From Heteronotia binoei (taxonomy: Eukaryota), in contig NC_083227.1 of NCBI RefSeq assembly GCF_032191835.1, forward strand, positions 167,214,001 through 167,278,000: 64,000 nucleotides of DNA, read 5' to 3'. The translations under genes and the position numbers were made by a program. Under the pieces are notes generated by a model. The model ran no database searches and was not told the origin of the DNA. It saw only the letters and a program-made list of their open reading frames with translations. The number at the start of each line of letters is the position of its first letter. The stretch's first letter is position 1. Positions 61,717 to 64,000 of this stretch are shown here, piece after piece.

Positions 61717-62311
61717 GTGAGTTTTCCTCAGCTCACCGTCATGACATTGAGAAAAGCACAAGTAAGTAGCTTCCAATACCAAAGTAGTTCTGTAGTACAT
61801 GGGGAGATTTGGGACTATGTACCCATATGAGGTGAGACACTTTTAGAAAGCAGAAGGGTTGTGTTATATTGAAGACATTCAAAATATATCTGTTGAAAAA
61901 CCAGAATGTGAAACTGGGATTTTTTTTGGCATCTTGGCGACAGTGTGGTTGGGAGTAAGGAATGTGGAAATCTATTCCCAAATGTGGTGAAGAAATGGAG
62001 TTAGATGGTTGAAGCTGGGATGAGGCTAAATGCTATATCAGATCTCCTTAATTTCTTATACCTGCAGGGAGACTGCAATGGTGTCTATTCTGGGGGGACT
62101 GTGTGATATTGTGGAATCACCTGTGGCTCTTCTGAGCACTGTTCCCCAGTGTGGCATTTGTCCCATGTTTCAGGCAAGTGGTAAGGTTCTTGCCTGGCAG
62201 GGCTTGTAGTTGGCAGGTGGTTCCCACCTTGAAACAGGTATTGCCAGCGGAACACTGCAAGTCTCTGTGGTGCAGGCCCCTTGCCAGGAATGGAAGTGAT
62301 TGCCGCTGTTT

Positions 62312-62910
62312 TGAAGAAGAAGAAGATGAAGAAGATATTGGATTTATATCCCGCCCTCCACTCTGAAGAGTCTCAGAGTGGCTCACAATCTCCTTTACCT
62401 TCCTCCCCCACAACAGACACCCTGTGAGGTAGATGAAGATACTGGATCTATATCCCGCCCTCCACTCCAAAGAGTCTCAGAGCGGCTCACAATCTCCTTT
62501 CCCTTCCTCCCCCACAACAGACACCCTGTGAGGTAGATGAGGATATTGGATTTATATCCCGCCCTCCACTCCAAAGAGTCTCAGAGCTGCTCACCATCTC
62601 CTTTCCCTTCCTCTCCCACAACAGACACCCTGTGAGGTAGATGAAGATATTGGATTTATATTCCTCCCTCCACTCCGAAGAGTCTCAGAGCGGCTCACAA
62701 TCTCCTTTACCTTCCTCCCCCACAACAGACACCCTGTGAGGTGGGTGGGGCTGGAGAGGGCTCTCACAGCAGCTGCCCTTTCAAGGACAACCTCTGCCAG
62801 AGCTCTGGCTGACCCAAGGCCATGCCAACAGGTGCAAGTGGAGGAGTGGGGAATCAAACCCGGTTCTCCCAGATAAGAGTCCACACACTTAACCACTACA
62901 CCAAACTGGC
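62312..62910 (-). mobile_element. tRNA-head SINE (second family) with 4x104-bp tandem of its 3' part
   Basis: Unit starts at 62331, 62435, 62539 and 62643. Confidence 0.88.
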
Positions 62911-63317
62911 TTTGGTTGACAGTAATTGCAAATAGGCTCTCCATTAACTACATTTGACTAGGACAGAGGAGACCTGGGTTCAAATTCCTGCTTGGCCACA
63001 ATGCTCACTGAGAGACATGATGCTAGTCACTCTTTAAGCCTAATCTGTCTCCAAGGGTCGTTGTCAGGATGGAATCGAAGAGTGGAAAATCATGTATGCT
63101 ACTTTGAGTTCCTTGAAGAATAGGAAGAATATAATAAAAATTTCTTGTATAGCAGTGTATTCTTGAGTTTAGGGTACAGTTTACAAAAGTGACAGGTAGG
63201 GCTTGTAATAGGTGGTTATGTGCCTTAGGAGTCCTTGGAAAAAAAAATATCCTTAATATCGTTACAGATGCACCCTTTGAGGTCACTGTCTTTATTGCTT
63301 CCTTTTCTTTACTTTAG

Positions 63318-63380
63318 GAAATATGGGACCACGTATCGAGTCCAACAACACAAGCCATTTTGGAGAAGAAAAATAGAGAG
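63318..63380 (+). pseudogene. STX10: STX10 exon 4 remnant (63 nt, frame intact)
   Basis: ctttag|EIWDHVSSPTTQAILEKKNRE|gtaaat ~ human EMKDHMVSPTAVAFLERNNRE. Confidence 0.85.
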
Positions 63381-64000
63381 GTAAATGCATTCTGCCTCTT
63401 CACCTGTGTGCTGAACTGGGAATCTCCATCCTTGCCTTGAAACTCACTGGGAAACCTTGATCTGTTTGCTCTTTCTCAGCCAAATCTCACAAGATTGTGG
63501 TGAGAATAAAATGAAAGAAGGGAGATCCACCTTCTCCTACCACCACAAGCTCTTTGGCAGATCTGCATTAGTTCTCTCGCTGAGGGTAATTGCACCTTCC
63601 TCCTCCAAGGTACAAAGGACTCAACTGGCTGGTCTCTCTCCCAGTGGACCTTCCTCTTTTTCATTGTTAGATATCCATCCTTGGGGTACAGATGTGTGTC
63701 TCTGAATTTAAAAAAAAAAAAGCACTACCATATTCACCAGTTCCTCCTTTAGCAAGTAAAATCACCAGGCAGTATAGGCCTCCTATGTATTATAGTCTCC
63801 AATGATATTCCCAGGTCTACATGAGATTCTAGACTGAAGGGGCGGAATCTCCATTTCATTTCAGGAGAATAGAGTGGAGTTCCTGGTAGTGAGAGGCATC
63901 CTGTTAATTCTTCTACCTGGTTCACTTCTACCTGGTTCACTTATTGTTCCCTGCAAGTTTCCTGTGTGGTGCTTCAATCCTGACTGCTCAGATTTTTGCT

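Larger units (their letters stand above)
53151..63380 (+). pseudogene. STX10: Syntaxin-10 pseudogene, unprocessed; remnants of exons 1-4, may continue past the window
   Basis: Four collinear exon remnants with STX10/STX6 similarity, head-to-head with IER2 as in human; start codon lost; frameshifts in exons 2 and 3. Confidence 0.85.

Overview
Repeat-rich vertebrate genomic DNA. A squamate, probably a gecko, is inferred from Squam3-like and Sauria SINEs plus BovB, CR1, L2 and Penelope elements. Three intact protein-coding genes are recognisable from exon translation and splice sites: (1) WDR83/MORG1 on the minus strand, whose first 7 coding exons lie in the window and whose 3' end runs off the left edge; (2) WDR83OS/Asterix on the plus strand, complete at 4 exons and 106 aa, sharing a head-to-head CpG-island promoter with WDR83; (3) the intronless immediate-early gene IER2 on the minus strand. 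The main unannotated result is a decayed, intron-containing STX10 (syntaxin-10) gene head-to-head with IER2, at its human-syntenic position. Its start codon and first donor are lost, exons 2 and 3 are frameshifted, and a U12 AT-AC intron donor is preserved, so it is a candidate unitary pseudogene. Other notable items: a tandemly duplicated WDR83 coding exon; a CArG+ETS+CRE element about 6 kb upstream of IER2; a tRNA-SINE tetramer next to the IER2 TATA box; an 11x147-bp amplification inside a BovB element that creates a 452-aa repeat ORF; a 5'-inverted L2 insertion; and an orphan CpG island. Gene identities come from remembered protein sequences; no database search was run.
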